64,000 nt of DNA from Euryarchaeota archaeon UBA91 (GTDB lineage Archaea; Thermoplasmatota; Poseidoniia; Poseidoniales; Poseidoniaceae): contig DAMU01000077.1 in the NCBI GenBank assembly GCA_002499705.1, forward strand, positions 4,951 to 68,950, written 5' to 3'. The position numbers and the translations under genes were made by a program. The notes below the pieces were generated by a model. It saw only the letters and a list, made by a program, of their open reading frames with translations, made no database searches and had not been told where the DNA came from. Below, piece after piece: positions 40,144 to 49,760 of the stretch (the first letter of the stretch is position 1; every line of letters starts with the position of its first letter).

Positions 40144-41031
40144 TCATTCTGGTAATTCGGTTTCTTCTGCTTCTCCAGAAGACCAATCATAAATCCCGAT
40201 CCCAGTCTTTTTCCCTAAACGTCCTGCTGCGACGAGTTTTTCAAGCAGTGGATGAGGTTCATACGCATCGTCATTAAAGGAAGTTTGTAGGTTTTTCAAG
40301 ATGTCACGCCGAACATCGAGCCCAACTAAATCACTCAAAGCAAGTGGACCCATTGGGTGTTTGTAGCCTAGAACCATTGCCGTATCGATGTCTTTGGCAC
40401 TGGCTACACCGTCTGAAAGCATTCGAATGGCTTCGTTGCCAAGAGCAACGCCAAGACGACTGGTTGCAAATCCTGGAATGTCTTTGACCAATATGGTGGT
40501 TTTACCCATTGCAGTTCCAGCAGACTGGGCCGCAGTAATCGTCGCTTCGCTGGTCAAATCATGTCGAACCAATTCCAGTAGTTTCATGATCGGAACTGGA
40601 TTGAAAAAATGCATTCCAATGACGTTTTCTGGACGGGAGGTTGCAGCAGCGATGTCGGCAATGGACAGCGAAGAGGTATTGGTTCCAAGGAGGGCATGAG
40701 GTGGTGCTAAGCGGTCAAGTTCCGAGAAAATGGAATGCTTGAGTTCTGGAATTTCTGGAACCGCTTCAATAACGAGGTCTGCTTCAGCAACAGCAAGCGC
40801 CATATCTGCAAACGAATGGAGATTCTTGGACCATTCCTCTTTCTGCTCAGTGGTTGTCTTTCCGCGTGCAATACCTTTGTCCCAAAAGGCGTCGATTCGT
40901 TGCATACCTCGCTCTAAACCTTCTGGGAAAGCGTCGAACAGATGAGTTTTCCATCCACTTTGAGCGCAAACCTGTGCAATACCAGCACCCATAGTTCCGG
41001 CACCGATAACGGCAACACAGCGAATCTCCAT
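40144..41031 (-). CDS. 3-hydroxyacyl-CoA dehydrogenase (PaaH/Hbd-like)
   Basis: IGAGTMGAGIA, IEAVPE..LK, TNTSSL, GMHFFNPV, PMGPL..DLVGLD, GRLGKKTG. Confidence 0.92.
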   Translation of the reverse strand: MEIRCVAVIGAGTMGAGIAQVCAQSGWKTHLFDAFPEGLERGMQRIDAFWDKGIARGKTTTEQKEEWSKNLHSFADMALAVAEADLVIEAVPEIPELKHSIFSELDRLAPPHALLGTNTSSLSIADIAAATSRPENVIGMHFFNPVPIMKLLELVRHDLTSEATITAAQSAGTAMGKTTILVKDIPGFATSRLGVALGNEAIRMLSDGVASAKDIDTAMVLGYKHPMGPLALSDLVGLDVRRDILKNLQTSFNDDAYEPHPLLEKLVAAGRLGKKTGIGIYDWSSGEAEETELPE

Positions 41032-41053
41032 GACAAGCCCAAAGCGTCCGACT

Positions 41054-41977
41054 TCATGATGATTGCTTGGGAAATGGTTGCTTACTCTGAGCAAGCATCA
41101 CACCCCCAACAATCAATACGAATGCGAGAACCAGTGAAGCGCCAAGTTTCTCGTCAAGAAGGAGGTATCCACTTAATATTCCAAAAATGGGAACCAAATA
41201 GACATACAAGGCACTCTTTCCTGCACCGATTGTTAAAATCCCGTCTGCGAACCATACATAGGCAATTACCGTTGAAAAAATAGCGAGGAAAATCATAGCC
41301 ATCCAACCATTAAACGAAGGTTCAGGGATGCCGACCATCCATGTTTCGACAACCATGACAGGAGTAAGCATGAACAGTCCAGCAACTGAAGACCAAACGG
41401 TCAACTGCAACGGAGAAAGACAGCGCCCGGAATCCTTTGCAGGTTCAGTCATCGCTTTTTTCATTTGAATAGTGTTACAAGCCCAAGCAAAAGCAGCACC
41501 GGCAATCAGTAAATCACCAAGAGCTCGATCATAAAATGGGATATCAACATTCGGAGAATACCAAAACAAAACTCCGACGCCAGCAATGCCGAGAGTGATG
41601 CCCAAACCCAATCTCCAATGCATGGCTTCTTTGAGGAAAACAATGGCCAATAATGCAGTGAAGAAGGGGTTGAAAGTAATCATGAGAGAAGCGTCACCTG
41701 CAGCGGTATATTTCATGCCGACCATGAAAAATGCTTGATACAAACACGTTGAAAAAAACCCAATCCACGCCACTCTTTTCCATTCATCACGCGTTGGGAA
41801 TATCCACTGAGTAGACAATCTCAGATAGAAGAGGAAAAACAGCACTGCGACAATATAACGTATCCAAGAGGCGGCAAACGGTGCAACTTCTAGAGCGATG
41901 ACCCGACCTGCTGGCCAGCCGACTCCCCAAATAGCGACAACAAGAATTAATTTGACGTGAATCCAAACGTGGTTCAT
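41054..41977 (-). CDS. DMT/EamA family transporter
   Basis: IWG, about 10 TM in two repeats, LLDEKL. Confidence 0.88.
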   Translation of the reverse strand: MNHVWIHVKLILVVAIWGVGWPAGRVIALEVAPFAASWIRYIVAVLFFLFYLRLSTQWIFPTRDEWKRVAWIGFFSTCLYQAFFMVGMKYTAAGDASLMITFNPFFTALLAIVFLKEAMHWRLGLGITLGIAGVGVLFWYSPNVDIPFYDRALGDLLIAGAAFAWACNTIQMKKAMTEPAKDSGRCLSPLQLTVWSSVAGLFMLTPVMVVETWMVGIPEPSFNGWMAMIFLAIFSTVIAYVWFADGILTIGAGKSALYVYLVPIFGILSGYLLLDEKLGASLVLAFVLIVGGVMLAQSKQPFPKQSS

Positions 41978-42510
41978 TCAAACCGCTCCAATCCAAGTTG
42001 GAGCATTCGTGAGCGTGGTAATCCTATTTCGGGTAGACCTGCAGCAGGAGCATACAGTTTCAACCCTTCAATACGTGAAACATAGAGACCATAACTGGCA
42101 ATATCTGTTGGATTATATGGAGTTGGAACTCCCATCCGAGTGAGTGTAGCACAAGCCGCCTCGGTATACAACGGGAAAAGATTGGTCGAGAAATGCATCC
42201 AGGTCGAAACTCGTGTTGCATCAACATTGTCAAGCGTAAGCAGATGTTCGAGCATCGAAACATCAGGATAGTTGACAGTTCGAATTGTCATCTCTACTTC
42301 ATTCGAGATATCTTCAGGCCATACAAATGGATTATACTTTGCCCATAGATCTGCAACTCGGATATGCTCAAGCGATGCTTCACTCTCAATCGAAAACAGC
42401 GCTGTGGCATATTTTTCGTCGTCTACGGTATCTGCAACCAAGTCGGGAAGAGCGGCGTAAAACGCCTCACACTTCTCAATGTCGAGACCATACAGTGATA
42501 CTGGAATCAT
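41974..42510 (-). CDS. Hypothetical protein in the boxB-like operon
   Basis: 178-aa ORF 21 nt after the boxB-like gene, overlapping the EamA start by 4 nt. Confidence 0.7.
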   Translation of the reverse strand: MIPVSLYGLDIEKCEAFYAALPDLVADTVDDEKYATALFSIESEASLEHIRVADLWAKYNPFVWPEDISNEVEMTIRTVNYPDVSMLEHLLTLDNVDATRVSTWMHFSTNLFPLYTEAACATLTRMGVPTPYNPTDIASYGLYVSRIEGLKLYAPAAGLPEIGLPRSRMLQLGLERFE

Positions 42511-42531
42511 GGTATTCCCTCAGGTTGGTGT

Positions 42532-43692
42532 TCAAGCATCAACACCGATACCGGATGCGATTTGACGAGCAGACATTGGTTTGTTTGCAACCCACTCGAG
42601 TTTGAAGTATTCTTTGAGGTCAACTTCATCTTGTGCAGATGGTAAAGCAGCCGCAAGGTATGCGTTCCACTCTTCATCTGTGCCTTCGAAGATTGTTCCT
42701 TCTGTTGTGTATTTTTGGCGCTTGTATGTGCCGATAGCACGGTTGAAGTTTTCGTGAGGAACGAACAATTTAACACTGTCTTCTGGCAAATATCCGTTTA
42801 GTTTTTCGACTTCCTTAACGATTTCGTCATGATAATGACCACGTGCTTCTTCGTTGAGAACTTCCTTATCAACCTCAAGTCCTGCTTCGAGTTTCTTACG
42901 CTCATCCCAGCGCCCTTTAACGCCCCATACATACGACCAGTGGGCCGAAGATGATGCGTCAACACCAAACAAATCATGTGCAGTGGAGACCCACTTGTTG
43001 AAGTATCTTTGAAGCAAGTCAAGAGGAATGATACCCGCCTTGATGACGCGACGCAGTCCATTCGACCCTGTTCCAAGGTGGAATGATTCTTCCCTAAGCA
43101 TTGGACCCATGGATGCAGCCAAAGGCTTGAATGCTGATGTTGAAAGCATACCGAGTTGGAACTTGCCATCTCGGTCGACAAACATAGTGTAGCAGTAGAA
43201 GTCAAGCCAGTGTGTCATTGGTTGGTTAAAAGCACCAAGCAATCGATCGCCATCTTGTGCATTCCGCTCGAGGAGTTTTTGAGCTTCACGACGTCCTTGC
43301 TGTCCAAAGTAAGTCATCAACAGGTAAGCCATCTGCCAACCGTGACGCTGTTCTTCAGCCATGATACGGGCAGCTGCATATCGGTCATAGTCGGTGGGTG
43401 CGGATGCAAGCAAGTGACGTTGTTGTTCGACGGAAGCGAACTCAGTGTCGCCTTGAACAGTGATCATGCTCACGAGAGCATCACGCATGCTTTGTTGAGG
43501 GACTTGGAGAGAGCGTTCCCATTTTGGTCGGCCTTTGTAGTCACCGTATTCGATAACGTCGCCAGCGCGATCCCAATCGAACTGGATTGAGAGATCAAAG
43601 TCACCCAGCCAATCTGGATTAAATCCAACGCGTATTTGCCATTCATTAAAGTTCGAAACCCAGTCTTCCCATGTGCTTGGTAGATTGTCCAT
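42532..43692 (-). CDS. BoxB/PaaA-family diiron aryl-CoA ring epoxidase (BoxB-like)
   Basis: VQGDTEFASVEQQRHL, EEQRHGWQM.YLL..YFG..GRREA, RLLGAFN, VDRDGKFQL, MLREESFH match BoxB motifs; diiron ligand pattern E/ExxH/D/ExxH intact. Confidence 0.85.
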   Translation of the reverse strand: MDNLPSTWEDWVSNFNEWQIRVGFNPDWLGDFDLSIQFDWDRAGDVIEYGDYKGRPKWERSLQVPQQSMRDALVSMITVQGDTEFASVEQQRHLLASAPTDYDRYAAARIMAEEQRHGWQMAYLLMTYFGQQGRREAQKLLERNAQDGDRLLGAFNQPMTHWLDFYCYTMFVDRDGKFQLGMLSTSAFKPLAASMGPMLREESFHLGTGSNGLRRVIKAGIIPLDLLQRYFNKWVSTAHDLFGVDASSSAHWSYVWGVKGRWDERKKLEAGLEVDKEVLNEEARGHYHDEIVKEVEKLNGYLPEDSVKLFVPHENFNRAIGTYKRQKYTTEGTIFEGTDEEWNAYLAAALPSAQDEVDLKEYFKLEWVANKPMSARQIASGIGVDA

Positions 43693-43746
43693 GATAACCC
43701 GAGGCTCGGGTCTACCTTATTGCCTTTGCGAACATGTTCGTATTTG

Positions 43747-44373
43747 TCAGGGGCTGCGCCTACGCACTTCCTCTGCAAAGGTGTGATGTACTGTAGATTC
43801 AATACGTTGTAATTGGGCTGAAAGCGTTGATTTTGCTACATCAAGGACGGCTGCTAATTCCGTGAGAGTAATTCTTCTGGGAACATCGTAGAACCCTTCT
43901 TGCATGGCCGTATCAAATACAAACCGTTGTCGAGGAGTAAGAAGACGACTTGACAACCCACGCGTTGAAACCAAACGATGAGGAATGTTTTCATTATCAA
44001 ATCCAGAAAGTAAATCTCGAACTTTTTCTCGAGCGCAAGAGATTGTCCATTCAACCCAACCGTCTCGAACTTCAAACGGCGTTCGAGGAATAACGCCAAC
44101 CTTCAACAGAGGTTTGAGAAATCCTCCTCCACCAGCGATGATATCAACGACAAAACTCTGTTTTCCAAAACTTCGGACTTCTTCGATTCCTGGATGCGAA
44201 GAAACCGTATCTACAATTTCCTCACTGCAGGATGCTCGAGCCGTTCCTCGACCTTTTTGCAGCGGCATGTGCTCTTCGATACGGAGAACTGCGGATGGAT
44301 GGCTGCGCGTAACATCTCCAGCCCAATGCCCTTCTGGCAATCGAACCTCGATGCGAACTTGTTGCACGGCCAT
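43747..44373 (-). CDS. Bat-type (HTH_10) archaeal transcriptional regulator
   Basis: C-terminal LTPRQR..A..GFYDVPRRITLTELA..LDVAKSTLS..L.RIE. Confidence 0.88.
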   Translation of the reverse strand: MAVQQVRIEVRLPEGHWAGDVTRSHPSAVLRIEEHMPLQKGRGTARASCSEEIVDTVSSHPGIEEVRSFGKQSFVVDIIAGGGGFLKPLLKVGVIPRTPFEVRDGWVEWTISCAREKVRDLLSGFDNENIPHRLVSTRGLSSRLLTPRQRFVFDTAMQEGFYDVPRRITLTELAAVLDVAKSTLSAQLQRIESTVHHTFAEEVRRRSP

Positions 44374-44415
44374 GAGCATGTGTCTGTGCCAACCCACTTG
44401 AAGTTCGCGAGCGAA

Positions 44416-45369
44416 TCAAATTGCACGGGTTGTTTGAATTTGACGAACTGTGCCCGTCTCGACATCGATGATTTCACCGAAGGTAGTGGTATGAGTTTCT
44501 CCAAGAATCGCAGCTGGCAGATAACCTTCACAAACGCCAGAAGCAGCAAAGATTGCGTTTTCACTCTTGCACAAATCATGCGCCTCCCAAAGTCGCGTAA
44601 GGTCGTCACCAACCATGTTCTCTGCTCGAGCCTCTTCTTCAGGAGAACGGAAAACAAGTCGGCCTTCAAATACTCCACCAAGTCCACGAAGGGCGGTCGC
44701 AGAAATAACGCCCTCTGGGGCGGCTCCAATACCCATTAACAAATCAAAAGGTCCATCAGGTTGTGCAGCCCATATAGCGGCGGAAACATCGCCATCACCC
44801 ATCAATTCAAGTTGTGCTCCACTCGCACGGATTTCTTTGAACAAGTCGGTATGACGTTCACGATCAAGGGCAACAACGCGTACATCTGAAACCGCTTTGT
44901 CAAGGGCAGCAGCGGTTTGTTCAAGATTGTAAGCAACACCACCGTCAAGGCTGATATGACCTACAAGTTCGGAGCCACCTGCGATTTTGTCCATGTAACA
45001 ATCAGGCGCATGCAGTAGAGTTCCCCGAGGAGCTGCAGCAAGAACTGCGATTGAATTTGGAGAGTTCGATGCACAGTTATTCGTACATTCAAGCGGGTCA
45101 ACAGCAATATCGATTTGAGGCGCTCCTGCAACACCGACCATGCTGCCTATTTCTTCACCGATGTAAAGCATAGGCGCTTCATCACGCTCACCTTCTCCAA
45201 TGGCGACTCGTCCGTCAAATGGCACATTATCGAAAGTACGACGCATTGCCTCAACTGCAGCCTCGTCGGCCTTTTCTTTTTCACCTAGACCACGCCATGC
45301 AGCACTCGAAATTGCCGCTTGGTCAACCGCCTCTAAGAAGTGGTGGTAGAGGTCTCCGACGCTGCCCAT
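44416..45369 (-). CDS. glpX: Class II fructose-1,6-bisphosphatase
   Basis: ADEAAVEAMR, IGEGERDEAPMLYIGE, DIAVDPLECT, YMDK, DGDV, GIGAAPEGV. Confidence 0.93.
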   Translation of the reverse strand: MGSVGDLYHHFLEAVDQAAISSAAWRGLGEKEKADEAAVEAMRRTFDNVPFDGRVAIGEGERDEAPMLYIGEEIGSMVGVAGAPQIDIAVDPLECTNNCASNSPNSIAVLAAAPRGTLLHAPDCYMDKIAGGSELVGHISLDGGVAYNLEQTAAALDKAVSDVRVVALDRERHTDLFKEIRASGAQLELMGDGDVSAAIWAAQPDGPFDLLMGIGAAPEGVISATALRGLGGVFEGRLVFRSPEEEARAENMVGDDLTRLWEAHDLCKSENAIFAASGVCEGYLPAAILGETHTTTFGEIIDVETGTVRQIQTTRAI

Positions 45370-45471
45370 GAGAACAGACGGGCGCGCCCCACCCATGAAT
45401 GAAACGGTGTGATTCGACGGTTACACTTGTCGGTTGTTGTTCCGAATAAACAATGATACATCGATGAAAGT

Positions 45472-47028
45472 TCATTCTTCTGTTTCATTTTCGCGAGTTC
45501 TCTTGCACGTATCTGCTTGACACGGTTCATGAGGTTCTGCGTTACTCGTCGTTGCGAGAAGTGGGTCCATCTGGTCAAATGCTTCAAGCAGACTTGGACC
45601 ACTGGCAAGGTAGTAGACCGAACCTCTTCCGTCTCGTGAATCCTCTGCACTGGAATTGTTGCTAGTAGCACATTCACCGGTGCAACCATCTGCGAAGGCA
45701 ACATACACTCGACCTTCTCGGTCAATGTGCAAATCGTTGAAGTCCAAGAGGTTCCTATTCGAGCCGCCGATATCTCGGCAATCACCTGAATTTAAACAAA
45801 TTGAGCCATATTGGACGGGGTCATCGGTAACTCTCTGCGTATGGAAAATTGGATTTTCATCCAGAGCGTTAAGACTGTATGTGATGTAAAGGTGATAGGT
45901 CGCATTGTTAGGAGCATAGTGTGCATTTCCATCCCAAGGACTTCCATCGATATTTGACTCTCCAATCATTTCTGTGTTTTCGCTTCCCAGGTAGGTAACG
46001 GCAATTCTGCCAGGGTCACCAGCATCGGTTTGAGGGAATACCGTTGAAATGACACCCGCTGGTGATATCCTGATACTCTCTTGTTCCCAAGTTTCTCCTG
46101 AATCAGTCGAACGAGACATGTATACGCCCTCATCTGCACCGGTCCAAACGTGATATGCATTCGAGGATGTATCTGCGGAGACCTCTGAGTTTTTACGCGG
46201 ATAAGGAGTACTCACATCTGTACCCATTGTTCGTTCAAACCACGAAAATCCGTTGTCCTTCGAGACGATAACGGTTGGGGTTTCGACACGAGGAGTAACG
46301 TAGACCGTTCCATCAGCAGCAGTAGAAATGGCGCCATGTAAACCGCCGTTGGTAGTTGCTAAACCGATAATCTGCCCACCGGCTTCAAAGGTCGCTCCAC
46401 CATCAAAACTTGTGAAACAAAAGATACCTGCGAGTTTATTGTAACAATAGTAAACTGCGGTTTCATAGAAATTTCCAGTAAGTGAACCAAGAGCCCCGTA
46501 TCCCGAACTTGTCCACGGCCCACTTGCTAACTTAATGTGGTCGTTAATTGGTGTCGTTCCAGAATCGTGTGGGTTACCGAGCCATGATTCGCCATCGTCA
46601 TCACTCCAGCAAATCCATGAGGTCTCAAGTCCAATCATTTGGACATTGAAGATACGGTCTGTGATTGGATCAACCCAGCCATAGGGGTCACTGGTGGTTG
46701 GGGAACATTGCACAGGATCTTGAGTTTCTTCCCAGGCCTCACCATAATCGCATGACCTCATCACTTTTTCCATGGCAATGAAAAAGATACAGCCACTGGA
46801 AGTAATTCCAATACTCGGTTCTTTACCAGTTTCACCAACATCACTGAATTGAAACTCCATTTGAAGCGGAGGGACATTTGTGTCATTACCGTATTTATCT
46901 GTCACAAAGATTCGAACATCTTCAACAACTTCGACTACTGGTTCTTCAACGACAACGTCGTTACCAAAACATCCGGCTAAGGAAAAGGTAAGCATAAGGG
47001 CGACCATGTAAAGTGCCTTGACTCGCAT
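45472..47028 (-). CDS. Secreted lipoprotein with BNR/Asp-box repeats (sialidase-like beta-propeller)
   Basis: Lipobox LAGC; SCDYGEAW, SDDDGESW, SFDGGATF, SKDNGFSW, STDSGETW. Confidence 0.8.
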   Translation of the reverse strand: MRVKALYMVALMLTFSLAGCFGNDVVVEEPVVEVVEDVRIFVTDKYGNDTNVPPLQMEFQFSDVGETGKEPSIGITSSGCIFFIAMEKVMRSCDYGEAWEETQDPVQCSPTTSDPYGWVDPITDRIFNVQMIGLETSWICWSDDDGESWLGNPHDSGTTPINDHIKLASGPWTSSGYGALGSLTGNFYETAVYYCYNKLAGIFCFTSFDGGATFEAGGQIIGLATTNGGLHGAISTAADGTVYVTPRVETPTVIVSKDNGFSWFERTMGTDVSTPYPRKNSEVSADTSSNAYHVWTGADEGVYMSRSTDSGETWEQESIRISPAGVISTVFPQTDAGDPGRIAVTYLGSENTEMIGESNIDGSPWDGNAHYAPNNATYHLYITYSLNALDENPIFHTQRVTDDPVQYGSICLNSGDCRDIGGSNRNLLDFNDLHIDREGRVYVAFADGCTGECATSNNSSAEDSRDGRGSVYYLASGPSLLEAFDQMDPLLATTSNAEPHEPCQADTCKRTRENETEE

Positions 47029-47124
47029 GATGCCGGCTACAAGCAATAGAATAATGTCTTTGCGATAGAGCAATTGTCAATTAACCGGCGAATCATTGAA
47101 GTTCTTTACCAATTATTGTGAGTT

Positions 47125-48816
47125 ATGACTGAGTTCATATTTTTCGATTACCCACTGCCTTCAAACTCAGAAATACGCAACATCTGGGATAAAATTTCAA
47201 TGTTAAGACATGAGGTTTATGCCAGTGAATTACAACAATATCAGGCCAATTCGGAACAACAACTGGAAGACCCTGGCCATCACTTTATTGCATGTATGAT
47301 TGATGAAGAGCTTGCAGGCTACATCAGTTTGAATCCACCCAACAAACAACCGTTCCGTGTGAACAGGTATTTTTCTCAAGAAACATTAGATGAAACATTG
47401 CATTCAAAATGTGGTGATCGTCTTTCCTCAACGTATGAAGTTCGCGCATTGACCGTGTCGTCGAAATTTAGAGGAAAACAGATTTCGGCGCAGTTAATGG
47501 CACATGCACTCAAGTTCGTGCTTCAGGTTGAAGGGACAGACATCGTTGCAATGGGCCATGCGAATGTCATCGATTTATACAAGAAAATTGGAATGACTGT
47601 TTTCGAACAACACGGCATTCAATACGGTGAAACCTTGTATTATCCAATGTATCTTGATCCGCACATTGCACGAACATTGAATGCTGAAAAGATATCGGAG
47701 TTCGAAGACGACGAGGAGGTATGTTATCATGGTGGAAAGTCATGGGATACCTCAAAATTTGATTTTACTGTTCGCGACACTTTGGTTGTTGCCGATGTAT
47801 TAGACAGCCCATTCCCACCTTGCCCTGAAGCACTCCAAGTGCTCAGAGAACAACTTGAACGCTGCTGTCAAGAATCACCTCCGACGCAGTGTGAAGAATT
47901 GATTGAAACAATTGCTGTCACCAGAGGCGTCCAATCAAAACATGTCGCCGTGTCTTCGGGCTCTTCGTCTCTGATGTTTTCATTTCTTCCACAACTGCTT
48001 ACCTCAGATTCAAGGGTTCTGGTACTTTCTCCAATGTATGGGGAATACAGCCATATTCTCACGCATGTAATTGGGTGCGAAATGACAAATTTTGTGCTCC
48101 ATGGAGAAGACGGGTTTCGTATTAATGAAGATGAATTGGTGAAACAGGCTCGACTGCATGACGCAGTGATTTTAGTCAATCCAAACAGTCCAACGGGAGT
48201 GTATTGTGACAACATGGGTGAAATTGTACAAAGAATCCAAGACGAAAGCGAATCACCAACACAATGCAAGATGATATGGGTTGATGAAACATACATCGAT
48301 TATATTCCACATGCGAAATCCTTGGAATCACTCGTCGCCAAAAATCCAAGTTTAATTGTCTGTAAAAGCATGAGCAAGTGTTACGCATTATCCGGATTAC
48401 GTGTCGCCTACGCAGTCAGTCAAAAGATGATTGAGTTGCGACGCTTCATACCTCCTTGGGCAGTGAGCTTGCCTGGGCAATTAGCGGCGGTTGCAGCATT
48501 GAAAAATCCAACCTATTACAGCGAACAATATGCTGTTATTCATCAACAAAGAACGGTATTGAGTGAACAATTAAAACAACACAACTTCAGCGTACTGCCG
48601 GGTGTTGCTAATTTCATTTTGACGTTTCTTCCAGAACAAACACACCACACTTCGTCAACATTTATTGAGGCATGTAAAGAAAGAGGTGTCTTCATTCGTG
48701 ATGCTCAAAACATGGGCGTCACTTTAGGAGATAATGCCGTCAGGTTTGCAATTCGCTCAAGCAGAGAAAATGAACGAATCGTTGAATGTGTCAAAGAGGT
48801 TCTTGCCCTGAGTTGA
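47125..48816 (+). CDS. GNAT-fold acyltransferase fused to a class I/II PLP enzyme (HisC/CobD-like)
   Basis: N-terminal LRHEVYASEL..EVRALTVSSKFRG; C-terminal VNPNSPTG, VDETY, SMSKCYALSGLRVAY, ANF. Confidence 0.8.
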   Translation: MTEFIFFDYPLPSNSEIRNIWDKISMLRHEVYASELQQYQANSEQQLEDPGHHFIACMIDEELAGYISLNPPNKQPFRVNRYFSQETLDETLHSKCGDRLSSTYEVRALTVSSKFRGKQISAQLMAHALKFVLQVEGTDIVAMGHANVIDLYKKIGMTVFEQHGIQYGETLYYPMYLDPHIARTLNAEKISEFEDDEEVCYHGGKSWDTSKFDFTVRDTLVVADVLDSPFPPCPEALQVLREQLERCCQESPPTQCEELIETIAVTRGVQSKHVAVSSGSSSLMFSFLPQLLTSDSRVLVLSPMYGEYSHILTHVIGCEMTNFVLHGEDGFRINEDELVKQARLHDAVILVNPNSPTGVYCDNMGEIVQRIQDESESPTQCKMIWVDETYIDYIPHAKSLESLVAKNPSLIVCKSMSKCYALSGLRVAYAVSQKMIELRRFIPPWAVSLPGQLAAVAALKNPTYYSEQYAVIHQQRTVLSEQLKQHNFSVLPGVANFILTFLPEQTHHTSSTFIEACKERGVFIRDAQNMGVTLGDNAVRFAIRSSRENERIVECVKEVLALS

Positions 48817-48818
48817 GT

Positions 48819-49268
48819 TCATTTTCCTTTGAATTTCTCGAGAACTACAATATCCGAAATCGAGGTACTCGGGTATTGACCTGAATCGTCTTTTTCCAAT
48901 GACTTTACCATATCCAGTGCGCATAACAAACCTGCACTGACTCCGGTAAGTGCTTCCATTTCAATTCCAGTTTTGTAATGTGCTGAGACCTCCACTGTAC
49001 AACGTAAAGAATGGCCTTCCCAGGACCAGTTTACTGTACATCCCTCAAGAGGAATAGGATGGCAATGAGGAACGATACGTGGCGTATCTTTGACCGCTTG
49101 AATGGCTGCGATTGTTGAAGCTTCAAGTACATCTCCTTTCTTGACTGCTTTCTTTTGTATTGCTTGACAAGAATGTTGTGAAAGGTTGAGTAAACCTGTA
49201 GCTGTTGCTCGTCGTTCTACAATTGGTTTAGAGCCAATTTCTACGATTCCTTCAATTTCTTTGTCCAT
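48819..49268 (-). CDS. moaC: Cyclic pyranopterin monophosphate synthase
   Basis: KKGDVL, VPHCHPIPL, TGIEMEALTGV, DMVK. Confidence 0.92.
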   Translation of the reverse strand: MDKEIEGIVEIGSKPIVERRATATGLLNLSQHSCQAIQKKAVKKGDVLEASTIAAIQAVKDTPRIVPHCHPIPLEGCTVNWSWEGHSLRCTVEVSAHYKTGIEMEALTGVSAGLLCALDMVKSLEKDDSGQYPSTSISDIVVLEKFKGK

Positions 49269-49281
49269 TTTTTCAACTCCT

Positions 49282-49707
49282 TTAACCAAGACCTGCTTTC
49301 CAAGACTCACCTTCACTCGTGACTTCTTTTTTCCATAGGGGCGCCTGCTTTTTGAGTTCGTCGATGAGCCATTCACAAGCTTGGAATGCCTCTTTTCGGT
49401 GAGGGCTGCCAACATGGATGGCAACAATCGGCTCTTGAGGTCCTACACTTCCAACTCGATGCGCCATAACAACGGCGAGAACTCCGAACTTAGAAATCGC
49501 TTGTTCGGCTAAAGAATGCAAAACCGGCGTTAATTGCTCTTGCCATGCATCAAATTCGAGACGAAGAACTTCAGCATCGCCTTCTCTACTTCGAGTAATT
49601 CCTAAGAAAGAGACAACGGCGCCACATCCTTCGGTAGGTAATTTCGATTTCAAGGCCACATCGTCGAGCTGAATTGGTGCTTCTTCGATGAGAATAAAGC
49701 CCGACAT
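49282..49707 (-). CDS. moaE: Molybdopterin synthase catalytic subunit
   Basis: GAVVSFLGITR, HRVG, SPHRKEAF, IDELK..APLWKKE. Confidence 0.92.
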   Translation of the reverse strand: MSGFILIEEAPIQLDDVALKSKLPTEGCGAVVSFLGITRSREGDAEVLRLEFDAWQEQLTPVLHSLAEQAISKFGVLAVVMAHRVGSVGPQEPIVAIHVGSPHRKEAFQACEWLIDELKKQAPLWKKEVTSEGESWKAGLG

Positions 49708-49760
49708 GGTCACACGAAGGGAACGCATCATTCAAACCTCACGCCTGTATGGGGATTGTC

